Source: Acanthaster planci
Lineage: Eukaryota
Length of the DNA stretch: 64,000 nt
Direction: 5' to 3'
NCBI RefSeq assembly: GCF_001949145.1
Contig: NW_019091355.1
Location: forward strand, 2,834,646-2,898,645
Numbering within the stretch: the first letter of the stretch is position 1; each line of letters begins with the position of its first letter. Shown one piece after another: positions 1 through 16,919 of this stretch. Below the pieces are notes generated by a model that ran no database searches, was not told the origin of the DNA, and saw only the letters and a program-made list of their open reading frames with translations. A program made the translations under genes and the position numbers.

Positions 1-195
1 ATTTTGTACATGTAAGTCCAGAGCACACTTTTCTCATTTCCAAGAGTGATGAATTCATGCAAATTACCTGCCAAACAAATAGTAATAGTTTGAAATTACT
101 TCTGGTGATATTTCCATGTCAAAGAACAAAGGTCAGATGTAACAGGGACACAAAAATGTCGCATTTTCGGACCCCCAATTTCTGGAATTACCCCT
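1..195 (+). mobile_element. Partial MITE (truncated by the window edge), same family as 62596-62843
   Basis: Colinear similarity with the reverse complement of 62596-62790; ends in the TIR ggacccccaatttctggaattacccc. Confidence 0.75.
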
Positions 196-1840
196 ATTTC
201 AATAAAATAGCACAATGCTACCGGCAGGGGATTCAACTTTAAGATGCTGCTTGTCTCTTGTAGCTGCTGTACTCTAAGCCTCGGCACCATGTTCCATTTC
301 CAACTTGTCACATTCTCGTTTGCTGTGGAAATTAAAGAATAGACAATATAAAGCTGGATGATGTTATGGGCAGAAAGGAAAATACCGAATACAGTCTGCA
401 GTCTGAAGACTTACCGTCCTGTTCACAGCCAGGTTAATAAAAAGAAAAACTATATTTAAATGAACCAGATAAAAATGCAGACAAAATCTTTTTTAAAAAG
501 TTGTTTAAACAGTGCCTCGTTAACAGAATAGGGTGTGTTACTTAAGGTAATGAGACAAGCATAAGTGTTGACTGGAAGCAAAATACAATTACGAAGAACA
601 GAGTGCATTTCCACACAAGTTGATTACCACAAACTCATTCATGGTTACACGTATTTGGCTTGTTTTTCTTCTGAAAGTTCAGACAGAACTTGCATTTATT
701 ATTTTAAGATACACAAATATCCCAGTGGATCTTTTGTACTTTAAAAAGCCAAACATTTTTCACATGTTTCCAAATAGCTTGTAATATTTACAAGGCACAG
801 TGATTGTTACATGGAATTAATGGCATGATATTAAAATGAGGTAACTATCTTTCTTGGTGAATATAGAGACAGCCAGTTGATATAAAGAAACAATTTCGGT
901 GTCAAGAGGTAGGTGGCATTCATATCATGTCTTTATTTATAGAGGTATTTCTTTGGGCTTATTAAGAAAAACAAAATTTGAATAGCTCCCAACATAAAAA
1001 AAACAAACAGCAGGTGTAACTTGGAATTAATGGCAAATGCTAAAGAAACTATGACACTGGTCAATATGGGCTAATATACCAATGATGCAATACACACTAG
1101 AATATAGTGGCTTTGCATATTTTGTACAGACGTCCCAGAAATATGTACTCTTATGGGCTTCGGTGAGTGTTGAACTAAAGACGTTAATCTGTACTGTGAA
1201 AATAAATCTCCATATGATTTCATTTTTACAATTATTGCTACATCCATTTGTGCATGAATCTTTAAGATCTGAATTGGAGTTTTCAAAAGACTCCCAGTGA
1301 AAAGAATGGATTGAATCTGCTTTACTTTTCTGAATAATACTCATACACTGCTCATATCCTGACCCCCCAGGGGCCAGGATAATTTTCCTGAATATAATTG
1401 GAGATAATTAAGTTTTGCATGCAAACTCAATTGTCTCCAAGGCATATATAATGTTTTTGTACATGAACCACATAACCACTGATCATGGATTTCAATGCGC
1501 ATCATATCAACCACATCTCAAGAACAATGTTACCCTGAGGCGTGGATCAAACAGACCTGAGAGAATTAAATTTCGAACACACTGGTTCTGAATTAATGAT
1601 CAGTGCCTTATAAGCCTACCACATTCTCAATATTCAGGATAAATTACCATATCACTGCCAAAAATGTTGCCAAATCTCAAGAATAAGGACAGAAATCTGA
1701 ATCTGGATGTTGTAAATGTGTCCTAAGAGGATGGAAGTCACAGAAATTTTGTTTGTATGAACACGTACACACGTATACACTGTATGTAAGAACAATTCCA
1801 CTTAATTACATAATAATTCTAAATGTTTGAAAGCTTGATC

Positions 1841-2057
1841 CCACGTTACAGTGTTGTGGAACTTGAGTATTCCCACATTATGGTGTTGTGGAACTTGAGT
1901 ATTCAGACATTACAGTGTTGTGGAACTTGAGTATTCCCACATTACGGTGTTGTGGAACTTGAGTATTCACACATTACGGTGTTGTGGAACTTGAGTATTC
2001 CCACATTACGGTGTTGTGGAACTTCGGTATTCCCACATTACGGTGTTGTGGAACTTG
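1841..2057 (+). repeat. Minisatellite, 32-bp unit, about 6.8 copies
   Basis: Unit ccacattacggtgttgtggaacttgagtattc repeated head-to-tail with few substitutions and no spacers, just 3' of the renalase stop. Confidence 0.95.
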
Positions 2058-2277
2058 TACTAATAATCAAATACCATTTTGGTACTCACACTTGTACTCA
2101 TGTTCATGAAAATGTATTCAAACTCCTACTCATAAGAACAATTTTTCATGAAGTCGTACTCATGCAGAAGTACTCATCGTGAGAGCATACTCCACGACAA
2201 AACTGGCTTTTTCCAACTTTCAAAACTCTCTCAACACCAGTTTAAAGACTGGTACTCCGGCCTCGTTTTGCCGTGCC

Positions 2278-6104
<3,827 letters not shown>

Positions 6105-6794
6105 GGACTGGAGCTATGCACTCATGACAATTATCAAACAAAATACAATTAGGCCTGTGGTCTTTCCACGTCTTCCTAAATTTGCTGAACCCCTGTTTAC
6201 CACAATTCAGCGAACGTATCGTAAAAAGTCTCACAGTTTTCAGGCTCAACAGCCACGGTACACTACAATTTTACAAAACGTAGCAAAATGTTTACTAGTA
6301 AAAGTTCAAAGGTTGCCGCGCCGGTATTACATGTATTATATTCTACGTGGCTTCAACCTCGTTTCCAAATACAAGTATGTCTCTTGTTTTCGCCTAGATC
6401 TTTCATCATATCAAATGGCTTACATTTTGCTTAAAAATGAAAATGACTAAAAGACAAATTAAAAACACGTGCGTTTCGAATCTTGTTGGTGATAACAAGT
6501 AAGTGACAAGTTCCTGCAGTACCTTGCCTCCTCCACAAAATCTGTGGAATAAATTATTCCTTAGGATGATGCTGAAAGCCTCCTCTACATTGGGAGATGC
6601 AGAGATTTGTAAATCACTCGACTCAATGGGAACAAGGTCAACTACTACACTAGCCGCACCGCCCATTGAACATCAGTGTCTCGATTCATTCGTGCACAAT
6701 GTGGGAGCTTTTTGAGACGTGTTAAAACGACGGCTCGGCCCGGAAATGATGCTAATTTCTCAAAACTTCCCTGTCTGTATCACGACAACCAGTC
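6105..6794. promoter_or_regulatory. Probable bidirectional promoter / 5'UTR region for RNLS and AP1AR
   Basis: Start codons are head-to-head about 690 bp apart; ETS-like ccggaaat near 6739 and caatgtggga / cattgggag motifs. Confidence 0.55.
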
Positions 6795-9700
6795 ATGGGG
6801 AACTGTTTGGGCACATGTTTTGGTTCTATCCGTCGGAAAAGGTAAAATTTAAAGGCCAAAGCCTGCAGTGCTGCGTTCAGGACTTAATGTATGGGGTATA
6901 GCATATCCAATCCAGCATTATGATTTATGATCATGTGATGGTTTGTTTTCATCGGCCATGTTGGACCACTAGTTGAGTAGGCGCAGGCATACGACAGGCA
7001 GTCGATTACTCTGTCTCACATGACCAGCTAATTTTCCCCATTTGAGGTCATGACAGTGTCACTTTAGCAATCTGTAGTTTTCAGGACACCTGTTTTAATT
7101 TTATGTGTTTTTACTTCTTAAAAAGTCATGTTAAACATGGAACTTAACGAAAAAGGTTTGGTTAGGTCCCATAACACTTGTTTGGCCCCATATACATGTA
7201 TATAGTCTAACATGTGTCGTCCTCATAAATACAGGCGTAACAAGCATGTTTGCATATGTGCATGTTTGAGTCCGAAATGGCTTCTGCCATGTCTGCTGTC
7301 TGTCATTTTTGCAACAATAACGGATGTTGCTACAAAATGTGAAATTCTGGCCTAGGCCTACATGTATTCTGGCCTGTTTACTTACAATACCGGGATTTCA
7401 TATCTACACATATTTGTCGCTGTAACAGTCAAGAAATGTGTCTTCCTGTCAATGAAATATATTTTTGAAAAAGGTATTTTCTGATTGGAATTTCAGTAAA
7501 GTAAACTACTTTGGTGGACGATACAAAGAATACAACGTTGGGATTGAATTTGAAAGTCTAATCGAGGATGTAAGTATTACCCTTGTGACGGACTGATGGT
7601 TGACTTGTTGCTGACTTATGGAGGGCTTGACTGTGGCACTGACCTGCTGATGTTTGGTGTCATGATTTTGTAGTGGCATTATCTAGTATCGAATGTGGAT
7701 TACCATTCAAATGTCTAATCTTTTTAATTTTTATATTATCACGGATCAAGAGCAGTTAACAGGCATAAAGTATACAGCCAAAGAACAGTAAAATTTATGT
7801 ACAAGTAATATTCATATGAAATTGATATACAGTTCAAAAAGTGTGTTTAAAAATACGACATTGCACACATGTAAGAACTGGAGAGTTTTTATCAAAATTG
7901 GGGAAAAGTAGGTTTTTTTGGAGAGGAAAGATGAGGTTCAAACAAAAATTCAGAAATTAGGAGGGGGGGTGTACACAGAATAAGTACATGTATGATAAAT
8001 CAGACTCCTGAATAAAGTGTGACGCTGGGACTTAACGTGCATAGGGTGAAGCACCTGTGATTTCATGGTGTGAGTTTTGCATGTGTGCCCATGGCAGGAC
8101 TTGGTCCAGCAGTCGGAGCGGGCGGCTATAACCGACTCGGAGAGGGACCATCTGCTCAACAAGCGATACAGCGACCTGGTCAAGGACCAGAAGAGAAGGG
8201 ATGCAGAAATTGACTCGGAGGTATGCCATGTCATCAGGCACGAACGCAAGAATCAACCATTGCCATTCCCTTGTGGCCAGATTCCCATTTTTATTTATTT
8301 ATACATGTATATCTGTTTACCCAACGGGGCATTAAGCGCCAATTACTGGATGAAGTGACAATTAAGAAGACAATAAAGAGTTGTTCAGATTTAGAGGTGG
8401 GAGGAAAACCCCGGATAAATATTCTTGGGAAACCCATGGAATCAGGCAGGGACTGAAAACCCAATCCATGTGCTGACCAAGGTGGGATTCGAACCCGGGT
8501 CGCAGAGGTGGAAGGCAACGAAAGAGCCACTCCACCAACCTGACTCTTCAAAGTCATTAGTACTTGTACGCTGTGCATGAACCATCTTAGAAAGAGGGAA
8601 AGCCAAATCTAGATCTGCCTTGCATTGCAAGAAAATTGATTGGCATGTTACGCGTTCAAAGCACCTACTTGCGACAGGTATGTCAGTTATACATATGCAT
8701 GCACATGGTAAAATGCTTCATCACCTGCGATTTGCTACGCTACAGGATTGGTTGCGATTCACCCCACAAGGTTTCATCGTTGCAAAACTGTTTCTGTTAA
8801 ATTTTTCAGTTCACAAAGGATTTCCACTTGGAATTTGTATAGACACTGTTATTTCTAACAGTGGAGCAAGGATAGGGTTACAGTCGGCCAAGAGGGGCTA
8901 AATATCTAAATATCTACTCATCCTATGGGTCAGAAAAGTAGTTCTTTTTGGCTCCGTGATATTCTGTAAATTTCTGTGTTCATAAACAATTGGTTTAAAT
9001 TTATGTCTGAACAAATTTCAGCTTAAGAAACAAGAGGAGAACATCCGACTAGAGGAAGAGGCCTACATTGCAGCAAAGCGAGAATCGGCGAGAGCAGCGT
9101 TACAGACGAGGGCCCGGGAACCGCGGAGGAGTAGACCTGTAGCAAACGGGACAGCCAAGTCCTCGTGGTTGGGCGACAACGAAAGCGAGTGGAATGTGTG
9201 AGTACTGTATTCTCTCAGCTCCTTGCCTGCGGAGCCGTCTTTCAGTCGCCCACAGATCCCATCCAAAACGCACCTCTTTGTTGAACCTTATCAGTAGATA
9301 TCCCCGACCCTAGCGCAGTGAATAGTTTTATCTAGATATCGGCACTTTTAAGTCTTGTCTTTAAATTGATTATTCTGTACATTTCAGGTTCCAATTGCTG
9401 CATAGCTTTTTTTATCATTTCCCCCTTTTTTGACCATGGTGGTACGGGTCCTTTGATTATTTCCTCACTTTCTGGTATTGAGAACCCCCCCACAAAAAAA
9501 AATTAGATGTGTTATCTGGTTATTTTAGAGCATTTTATCAGGCAGATATATTATTGCACTGAAACACAGTACTCCCCAGTGTAATGTGATGTCCAGCTCC
9601 CTCAACCCGTCCCTTGCTTTCAGAATTTCTCTCCCGGCAGAGCAGTTTTTAAGATTTTTGTCAGTCATCTCTCATCCCTTCACACCTGGCCGTCGGTTGT

Positions 9701-12700
9701 GCCCCTCGGAGTGAATACTAACTTGTATGTTCACGTTTCTCCTGTGTTCCAAGTTGTTCACTTACATGGTAGTCACATTACCCAGCATTGTTCCTTGTCG
9801 CTTCCTTAACCCTAACAGTCCTCAATCCTCCAACAGGTGAAGGATTGAGGAGTGTTAGGGTTAATCACGGCGTGTCTGCCGTGATTCGCCCAAATTTACT
9901 AAAATCCTGCATGCACACGTGTTTGGAACCTCCATTAACCCGTGAACAACTTTTGCATTCTTCAGGTTGTGGGAAAAGACCTCATATGAACCTTCCCATG
10001 GTCTTAGAAAAAGTGAGCTAAAGAAAAAGTGAGTCCAGCAGACAGTAGTACGCACTGTCTCGTCCAAAGAGAAACGCATGGAACAAAAAGAACTAACTGC
10101 TCATCGCATGACGGCTGCATGTCTCTAGTTTCGTTTGATTCTTTTTCACTCTTTGCCAGCATGTTGAGGAGTTTTCTTTTAGACTGCTGAAAATGGTGTT
10201 TATCACGTGGTATATCTTGTCCGTGTTATTATTTTGATCAGTGGATTTAGGTTCACTGTCTGATTTCAAACGCCATGTCCGGCCAGCTGACATAATTCTT
10301 GACTTGCATGTTTGAAGTTTTCAAATGTTGGATCAAATTCAAATGCAAAGAACCTAACGCGAAAATGTCCGAAAAGACATGCATATTGCCAGCCTGCAGT
10401 ATCTTGAAATTTTCACTGAGAAAAAGTTCTTCATTCTACTTTTCTGCCTTTTTTTTTAACCAGAGCCGGGGCTGACGAGGACGACTTTGAAACATTCCTA
10501 GAGTCTGTGAAGGCACGATCTCAATCGGTCAGAGCAAACGGTAAGCTCCAAATGAAGGCATAACCTTCTTCAGCATCCATGAAACATTTCCTTACACTGG
10601 CTGATATTCTCTTCTCTAACCTCACTTCTGTACCCTTACAAACAGCAAAATACTCTTAGGTATTGCACCAATTTTCCCATCGCTTTTTAGATCTAGCCTT
10701 AAACATAATGATTCGCAAGTCACAACAGCTAGGGCTGAGTCAATTCGAATAATTCACTATTCGAATATTCGACCTTCAATTTCATTGAATATCCGAATAT
10801 TCGGTCACACCGACCGGCAGATTGTTGATGAACAAACCATATACAAAATTAGTTGCAATAACACACACATTTGTACATTATGATTGATATAATAGCTTCT
10901 CACATCTAGGAGTATCTCCAGCCACGATTTTGCAAGATTTATGAGATGAACAAGACTTACAGCCCTGTCGAAAATTTCTATTCCTTTAATTGTTCAATCA
11001 ATAATTTACTTTAAAATTGTTGTAAGATTTCTGACGCTTTTCATTTGAATCTGCATGAAACAAGCCTCCATAGTGCAATGTTTCTAATTTAAAACAAAAG
11101 AAAATTTTCCCTTACTTTTCATGAATTTTGCATTCAAATATTTAAATTCGAAAAATAATATTCAGTTATTCGGATATTCGGCGCAGCCCTAACAACAACT
11201 GCTTTTTAAGTTGAAGTCATGTCAAGGAATCTTGCATGATGGAAATCAACAGGACTCCTCAACATTTGTCTCTCTTCTAAAGTCCGTTTTGGTCAGGACT
11301 CCAAAGTGAGCAATACATCAAAAGATCTCAGTTTGCTCTTTGGTGTGCACACCAAAACAGAATATTTCAAAAAAACCAAATGACCATAGGACTCATTTTG
11401 TGGGATCCAGTCACATAATTTGTATGTAATTCTTGTTTGCCAACTATAACTACTTGGTTTGATGCAGTTGTAAATGTGAGTTTCTTTATAGGGACAACAT
11501 GAACTTACCAAGTAGGACTCGCCACAGAATTAGAGTTTTCTCTGTACATGGAAATTAGAGGGTGTGCTTTCAGGGTTTTAAAGTTCTTTTAGTTGAATCA
11601 GAAATTATGCATGCACGTTTATCATCCCTTGAATGGACAGCATGGCGGGTACACCTCTGTCTGAGATTCTCTGGATTTTTCCAGATTTCAGTATACATGT
11701 ATTTGTCCCCCATGACCTCGCCTACTCGTATGTTCACACGTGTACATGTATGTTGGTTAGTGCTAGAAAGTGTGTTTTATCCATACTCATCTTGTCCGTC
11801 TCGTACACGTACATGTTTTGTGCGCATCGCATCTCATTACTTCTTTGCTTACAACCTGGTTATCTTCTTTCAGATGACGACTCCGACATTGAATGGCCAT
11901 GACTACATAGTATGCCTAAGGTAGACGTGTACGAGAGCATTGCGTGCCCCTTGTGTTGTGTTGGATAAAAACGCATGTCAGTCAATTACTTTGGACACTG
12001 CGATGAGTGGCTTTTCCAGCATGACGCATGTTTAAAGTACCTCAGATGTTTGCTTTTGTGACAAATCATATTGATGTTATGCCGTTGGTGCAGTCATCCC
12101 CAGTGCCATGATTTGTAAGGCCTGTGTTTTTTTTTTTTATTGGTCACGGTCTCTGCTTTATTACACTGGCGGTACAGCTCAGGGATGAATGGCAGATCAG
12201 TGAAATCAGCCACCTGCATCTGCGATACATATCCAGTGCACAGTTGAATTGCAGGCAGTACTTTCCTCATGATGTGAGGTTTTCACATACAGCTGTCGGT
12301 TAAAGGAGGTTGAGGTATATCCCCAGCTTGTGTCGACATGGAATGCATATCCAATCTATGATTGGTAGTTTTTACACAATGTCGTACATACAAATTGATA
12401 CACTGTACAAAATGCTGAGGGTTATGGAACCTCATTTGAATGTACATGTACACCATCCATTTCGTCTAATATACAACAATTTGAAGTTTAATACATTGTA
12501 CCTGTCATGTGTCCTAGAGAACTATGCTTCCACCCGAGTTGGAGCTGAACTCACAAATATGCAGTGCATTTTTAATCTTCAATTGGATGTTGTGATGGTT
12601 TTCTGGTGTGATTTTGTCATATTTTTTGGAATGTCTAAAATTAGAAAAAGCATTAATTCAAACTTGTCATTTCAATCAGATTTTAGATTTCTGAAAAGTG

Positions 12701-14133
12701 GTTTGAAAAGTGGTATGAATTGATGTGACATGATGAGTGTTGAGGTTAGTTGTGCCTTTGTGGTACTCCTGATTTTACACATCCCCCTACATTTCAGTTT
12801 GGCCTTCTTGGTTTTCGCCGGTGCATGAATGTGTGACGTGAGCAGAGCTGTCCGTCTTGAACCTACGCACTCTCACTTTTGTCCACGTTTCATTTGCCTG
12901 TCTGTTACTCCGAGTTGCTCGAAAAATTACGCCAGCAGACTGCTAGCCCGCTATTGTCATATGTCAGCCGGATAATACGGCTGGATCATTGCATGGCCCG
13001 AGAGGACAATGACTGGGCGTATGCAGGCTTTCAAGTCGCCCTGCAGTTGGCAGTGAAGTTCTCTCATAAATTGGCTCCATTTGAGAGACGATGTATTTTA
13101 AATAGAAATACTTTCAACAGCCATTTTTTCTACTTTCGTATACGCACGCAGCAACATTAAATTTATACATGTACGCATGGTCGGTGTATGTATCCTTTCA
13201 AGAGGGAACATTTTCCACCACCATACACTGGAAAGAGCTCTCAGGTTTTATAATTGGCTGTATTATTGCATGATCTTTGTTTCTTTTACGTTAAATCCCG
13301 AATGTCAAAACAGAACGTACAGATAAAAGTGGTCTGTGGAGTATTGAATAGATATTAATTGTGTAAGCTGTAAATGCCATACAGTAGCCCGTTCACAACA
13401 TGGATTATGGCTACACGTACCCGCATATATTGTATCTTTACTTGTTTCTCAATGTCCTGTATTCCTTACAGTGGTGGTGGGTCTGTGCCGTGCCTATGTA
13501 CAAATCCATACATATTGTATGAGTTCCCCAAGGTCGACGGTTATTTGAGTCCACTAGCATGCATTTTATTGCCTTTTTCTTTGTCCCTCAGGCTTGGCAC
13601 ATAACCCGTACGGTAGTATTGGGTATGCGACTACTGGTTTTAGCCATCCAGAGACATCAGACAGCTCTCCTAAATCGCGAGAAGCCTCCAATGAGCCGAC
13701 GGAGTCTGATTCAGACTTTGAACCCGAGTTTGTCTCAGCTGAAACAGTACAAGTACAAGTGCCAACAAAGGACGCTCCAAACCCTGCAGAAGCTGAGCAG
13801 TTGCCGCACAACTCTAGGACAAACGTTGCCCCGCAATCAAACCTTGACCGGGTTGTTGTTGAAATGCACAATGAGGAGAAAATTCCCGGAGCAGGCAGAA
13901 TTGAAGAGACGCCAATGGACTCTAGGAACTTTACACAGTCCACAGCAGTGCAATCTGGGAAGGAGAGCGGGCTGGACAGAAACCCCACAAACCAAGTGTT
14001 AGATGAGCCAAACGAGAGCAGAACAAACAGTGCAGAAACAGTACAGGCAACAAAACCAACCTTCAAATCGTCAGCCACAGAGGATGATCCTTTCGATTTT
14101 GACCGATTCCTTGAGGAGCTGGATCTAGAGTGA
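6795..14133 (+). CDS. AP1AR: AP-1 complex-associated regulatory protein (gadkin); long form about 345 aa, possible short form about 174 aa
   Basis: Exons 6795-6841, 7497-7569, 8098-8220, 9022-9197, 10464-10540, then 13592-14133 (or 11874-11902). N-terminal MGNCLGTCFG (acylation-type), IEFESLIE, coiled coil LKKQEENIRLEEEAYIAAKRESARAA, EDDFETFL and EFVSAE all correspond to gadkin segments. Phases consistent. Confidence 0.88.
8290..8546 (-). mobile_element. tRNA-derived SINE in an AP1AR intron
   Basis: On the minus strand: A-box-like ggttggtggagtgg, B box ggttcgaatccc, body gggtttccc...ggttttcctcccac, (taaa)n tail. A related fragment lies near 15866-15932. Confidence 0.75.
10730..11191. mobile_element. 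hAT-type MITE
   Basis: TIR tagggctg...cagcccta, subterminal attcgaat repeats, 8-bp TSD acaacagc / acaacaac (7 of 8 match). Confidence 0.8.
11308..11416 (+). repeat. Dispersed repeat fragment (transposon end); second copy at about 20286-20385
   Basis: Shared gagcaatacatcaaaa ... taggactcattttg(t/c)gggatcc(a/g)gtcaca. Confidence 0.7.
11874..11902 (+). CDS. AP1AR: Candidate alternative short last (or cassette) exon of AP1AR encoding DDDSDIEWP*
   Basis: Strong acceptor (tatcttctttcag). Phase 1 fits the donor at 10540. The peptide resembles gadkin's DDSTSLDLEW segment. Possible donor aag|gtagac at 11920. Confidence 0.55.
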
Positions 14134-15212
14134 CAACCAAATGGTTCTCAGGAAAACAGGAAAAAAGATTCTTGTCTTTTTTTTTTATCAAATCCCTATG
14201 ATCAAGACTTGAACTCAACAACGTGAGCAACCGAAATGTATTGTATCCGTTATTTATCCCGTGCTTCTGACTCAAGAAAATAAACCAGACATGGTGCAGT
14301 GACTTTGAAATACATGTACAAGATCTGGTATCAAGCATGTGCTTGACATTAATTACATTGCTTGTCAATGAGGAGGCACTAAATTTGCATATATTTACAT
14401 ACTTTCGTGCATGTAAGCGGAGTACTATACATACACATAGACAATTTCAGTGTATAATTATAATGTAGATTCAAACATTTATTTTTCAAATTCAAAGGCA
14501 GTGGGATCATTTGTCTTTACCAGGAAAATGTACCTTTCAAATTCCAGAAACCCTTCCTGAAATGAAGAGTGAACTGGTGGAGTCAGGCTGTCTCGCATCT
14601 AATCTCTGGTACCGGCAGTTAATGAAATTATGCCCCAGAAATAGCCATAATTAGGTTTGAGATAGATGGGATTGCCTTGGGAATACAAAATGGGATTTTG
14701 ATCGCTGTTCATGATATCTGACAAATTATCATACACAGCGACAACTTAAATTTACTTTGTTATTATTCATTTTGGCCCGCATTGGTTTGATGTCCACGCA
14801 CGAGGGCATGTGGTCTGCACCTGTGTAATAACCGCTGTATAAAAACAGGGTACATGTACCTTGGGCTTTCAGGGGTTTTGTACAGTTCACTTATAGATTT
14901 CAAAAAAAATATTGCAAATTTCGTATGCCCAGAAGGCAAGGTGTTTTACGTTTAGTGCCAGTGTTGCCAAATGGTGATTAGTTACGAGCTTTGGTTGCAA
15001 CTTGGAGCAAATGGCAAGAGAAAAAAAATTAGAGTTAGCAATTCAGTGGACACAAAATGTGCATTTACCTGAAACTTTGGCAACCGTTTAGCATTTGCCA
15101 GCTAGAGACTTGAGTCCGATGCTTGTGTATTCTGTGTTTAATGCCACATGATGGGAACAAGTACATGCCTGTGTGTTTTGCACTAGAGTTCATGAAGATT
15201 GCCCTTGACGCT

Positions 15213-15511
15213 CCCAAGGGCAGGTCCGGGGGGGGGGAACAGGAACCATGTCCCCACCCCACCCCAACCCACCCCAAGGACCCTTCGACCCCTAGGGCCC
15301 CCACCCCATTTTTTTCTAAATGAATGAGAAAATGACAATTTGGGGGTCTGTTGCGTTTCCTTTCAGAAGCATGTAAAAAGCCCCAAAACACAGCCTCACC
15401 CCTCCAAAAGGCCACGAAAGGTTACTCGAGAAAAATTTCAAAAAATTCTACGTCGCCCCTTCCCAAAACAAGTTTGGCCCCCGAAAATTTAGTCTTGGGT
15501 CCGCCCTTGGG
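15213..15511. mobile_element. Non-autonomous DNA transposon-like element with G/C-run interior
   Basis: Inverted ends cccaagggcaggtcc / gggtccgcccttggg; no clean TSD. Confidence 0.6.
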
Positions 15512-16715
15512 TGCTCACACGTTTTCAACTCTGTTGGATGCACATGCATCAAATTCAAGAGGTTAAGTTTGCCATTTTTGAATGCAGCCAATCATATTTA
15601 TCGTGAAAATAAATGATGTCAAAACAGTGAGCATGAAGCAGGTGCGTGGAGATACATGTATGTATGTAAATACCGATATAAAATTATCTTAATATTGTAT
15701 TATTTTTGGTTGGCCTTTTTTATTGAATGTAAAATGTTTTCTCTTTTTTCTCTTATCTTTACACGTTATTCACATTTTTCTTTTATTTGGTTCAACTTTT
15801 CTGAAGATCAGTGGGAGTTCTGCTCTGTGCAGGAAAAATAGGTGATATGTTTTAGGAACCACATTTGGACTGAGCCAGGAATTGAACCCGGGCCACAGAG
15901 TTGAAAGGCATTTCATGTCAACTCCAACCTAACTTTCCTGTTGAAATGTGTGTCTTTGTACGTGCACCACACTCCAAATTGAAAGAATTTCCCACCACCG
16001 TGTCTCGCCTTTGTTCTTGAGGTTGTTCATGTTGTCAGTGTAAATTGTTTGAAAATGTTGGAATTTCTGGTATTGTAAACTTCCATTTTCAAGATTCTTT
16101 GTCACAATTGAAAATGATGGGCCTTGTTCGTGTGTGTCCGATTTCAATGAAATGGTTAAAAATGAAAACACATTTACATAAATTCAGTGAATATATGGTG
16201 TAAGTGCTATTTCCTCTGCAAATGTGAGCTTTCGTTGCATGTGAAGAAGTGTCCAGTGATTCATCTGAAATCTAACTGGTTTCTCTGACAGTCTTTTGTT
16301 GTTTTAAGTTTGAATTGTACAAACAATTCCGAGTATTTGAAGAAAACCAGTATGTACATGGAAGTATTGTTTAACTTGCCTAGGTTTACTGTTTGGTTTT
16401 TTAGTTTTGATTTTGTTTTGTTTTTAATGTTTTCACGACAGTGACTTACTTAGCCTTGAAGAATATATGCAGAAATACCTTGGACTAGTTTTACCACAAA
16501 TTATTGGAGCACATTCTGTGCCTTGAGCAGAAACACCCCCTATTGGTTGGAAAGAGCCAGTTTGGTTAGGAGTGATCATTTTGCTTGTAGTGACGCGACG
16601 GCAATGTGTACATTTCATAATCGTTTGTGAACCAGCGAAGTGCAGTCCCACTAAAGGAGCCACCGTTGCTAGGAAAACTGCACCCTCTCTTGGTCCAGCT
16701 CAGGGCTCATGGGGA

Positions 16716-16919
16716 TAATCTGGTTCGTAAGTGACTTCATCACAAAGGCGGACACGTCACGATTTGCAGGCTCCCATTGGACGATTGCTGAAGTTGTGTG
16801 TTAACTGCCGGTTCCACAGTTCCGTGTAAACGGCTATCAATGCATGAAACTCTATGTGTGGTGCATGTGCGGCGGGCGTGGTTTAAACTGAAGTGACGTC
16901 ACACTTACAAACCGGATTA
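16716..16919. mobile_element. MITE; related copy at about 43390-43562 in the opposite orientation
   Basis: TIR taatctggttcgtaagtg / cacttacaaaccggatta. The block gggcgtggtttaaactgaagtgacgtcaca recurs reverse-complemented near 43394-43423. Confidence 0.7.

Noticed and set aside
57..242. Similar peptides from ORFs 57-242 and 62514-62813 suggesting a small gene family
   Set aside because: The similarity comes from two copies of a non-coding MITE.
241..322. Possible alternative last exon of renalase (minus-strand acceptor ttccacag)
   Set aside because: In the required phase it adds only QTRM-stop, with no homology support.
1841..2057. CRISPR-like array (32-bp repeats)
   Set aside because: Units are contiguous with no unique spacers, there are no cas genes, and the context is eukaryotic.
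8460..8546. tRNA gene (A and B boxes)
   Set aside because: No convincing cloverleaf; it runs into a SINE body and A-rich tail, and degenerate copies occur elsewhere in the window.
16665..16680. RFX X-box-like gttgctaggaaaac as a CFAP96 ciliary element
   Set aside because: Imperfect match, downstream of the gene and adjacent to a MITE; insufficient support.
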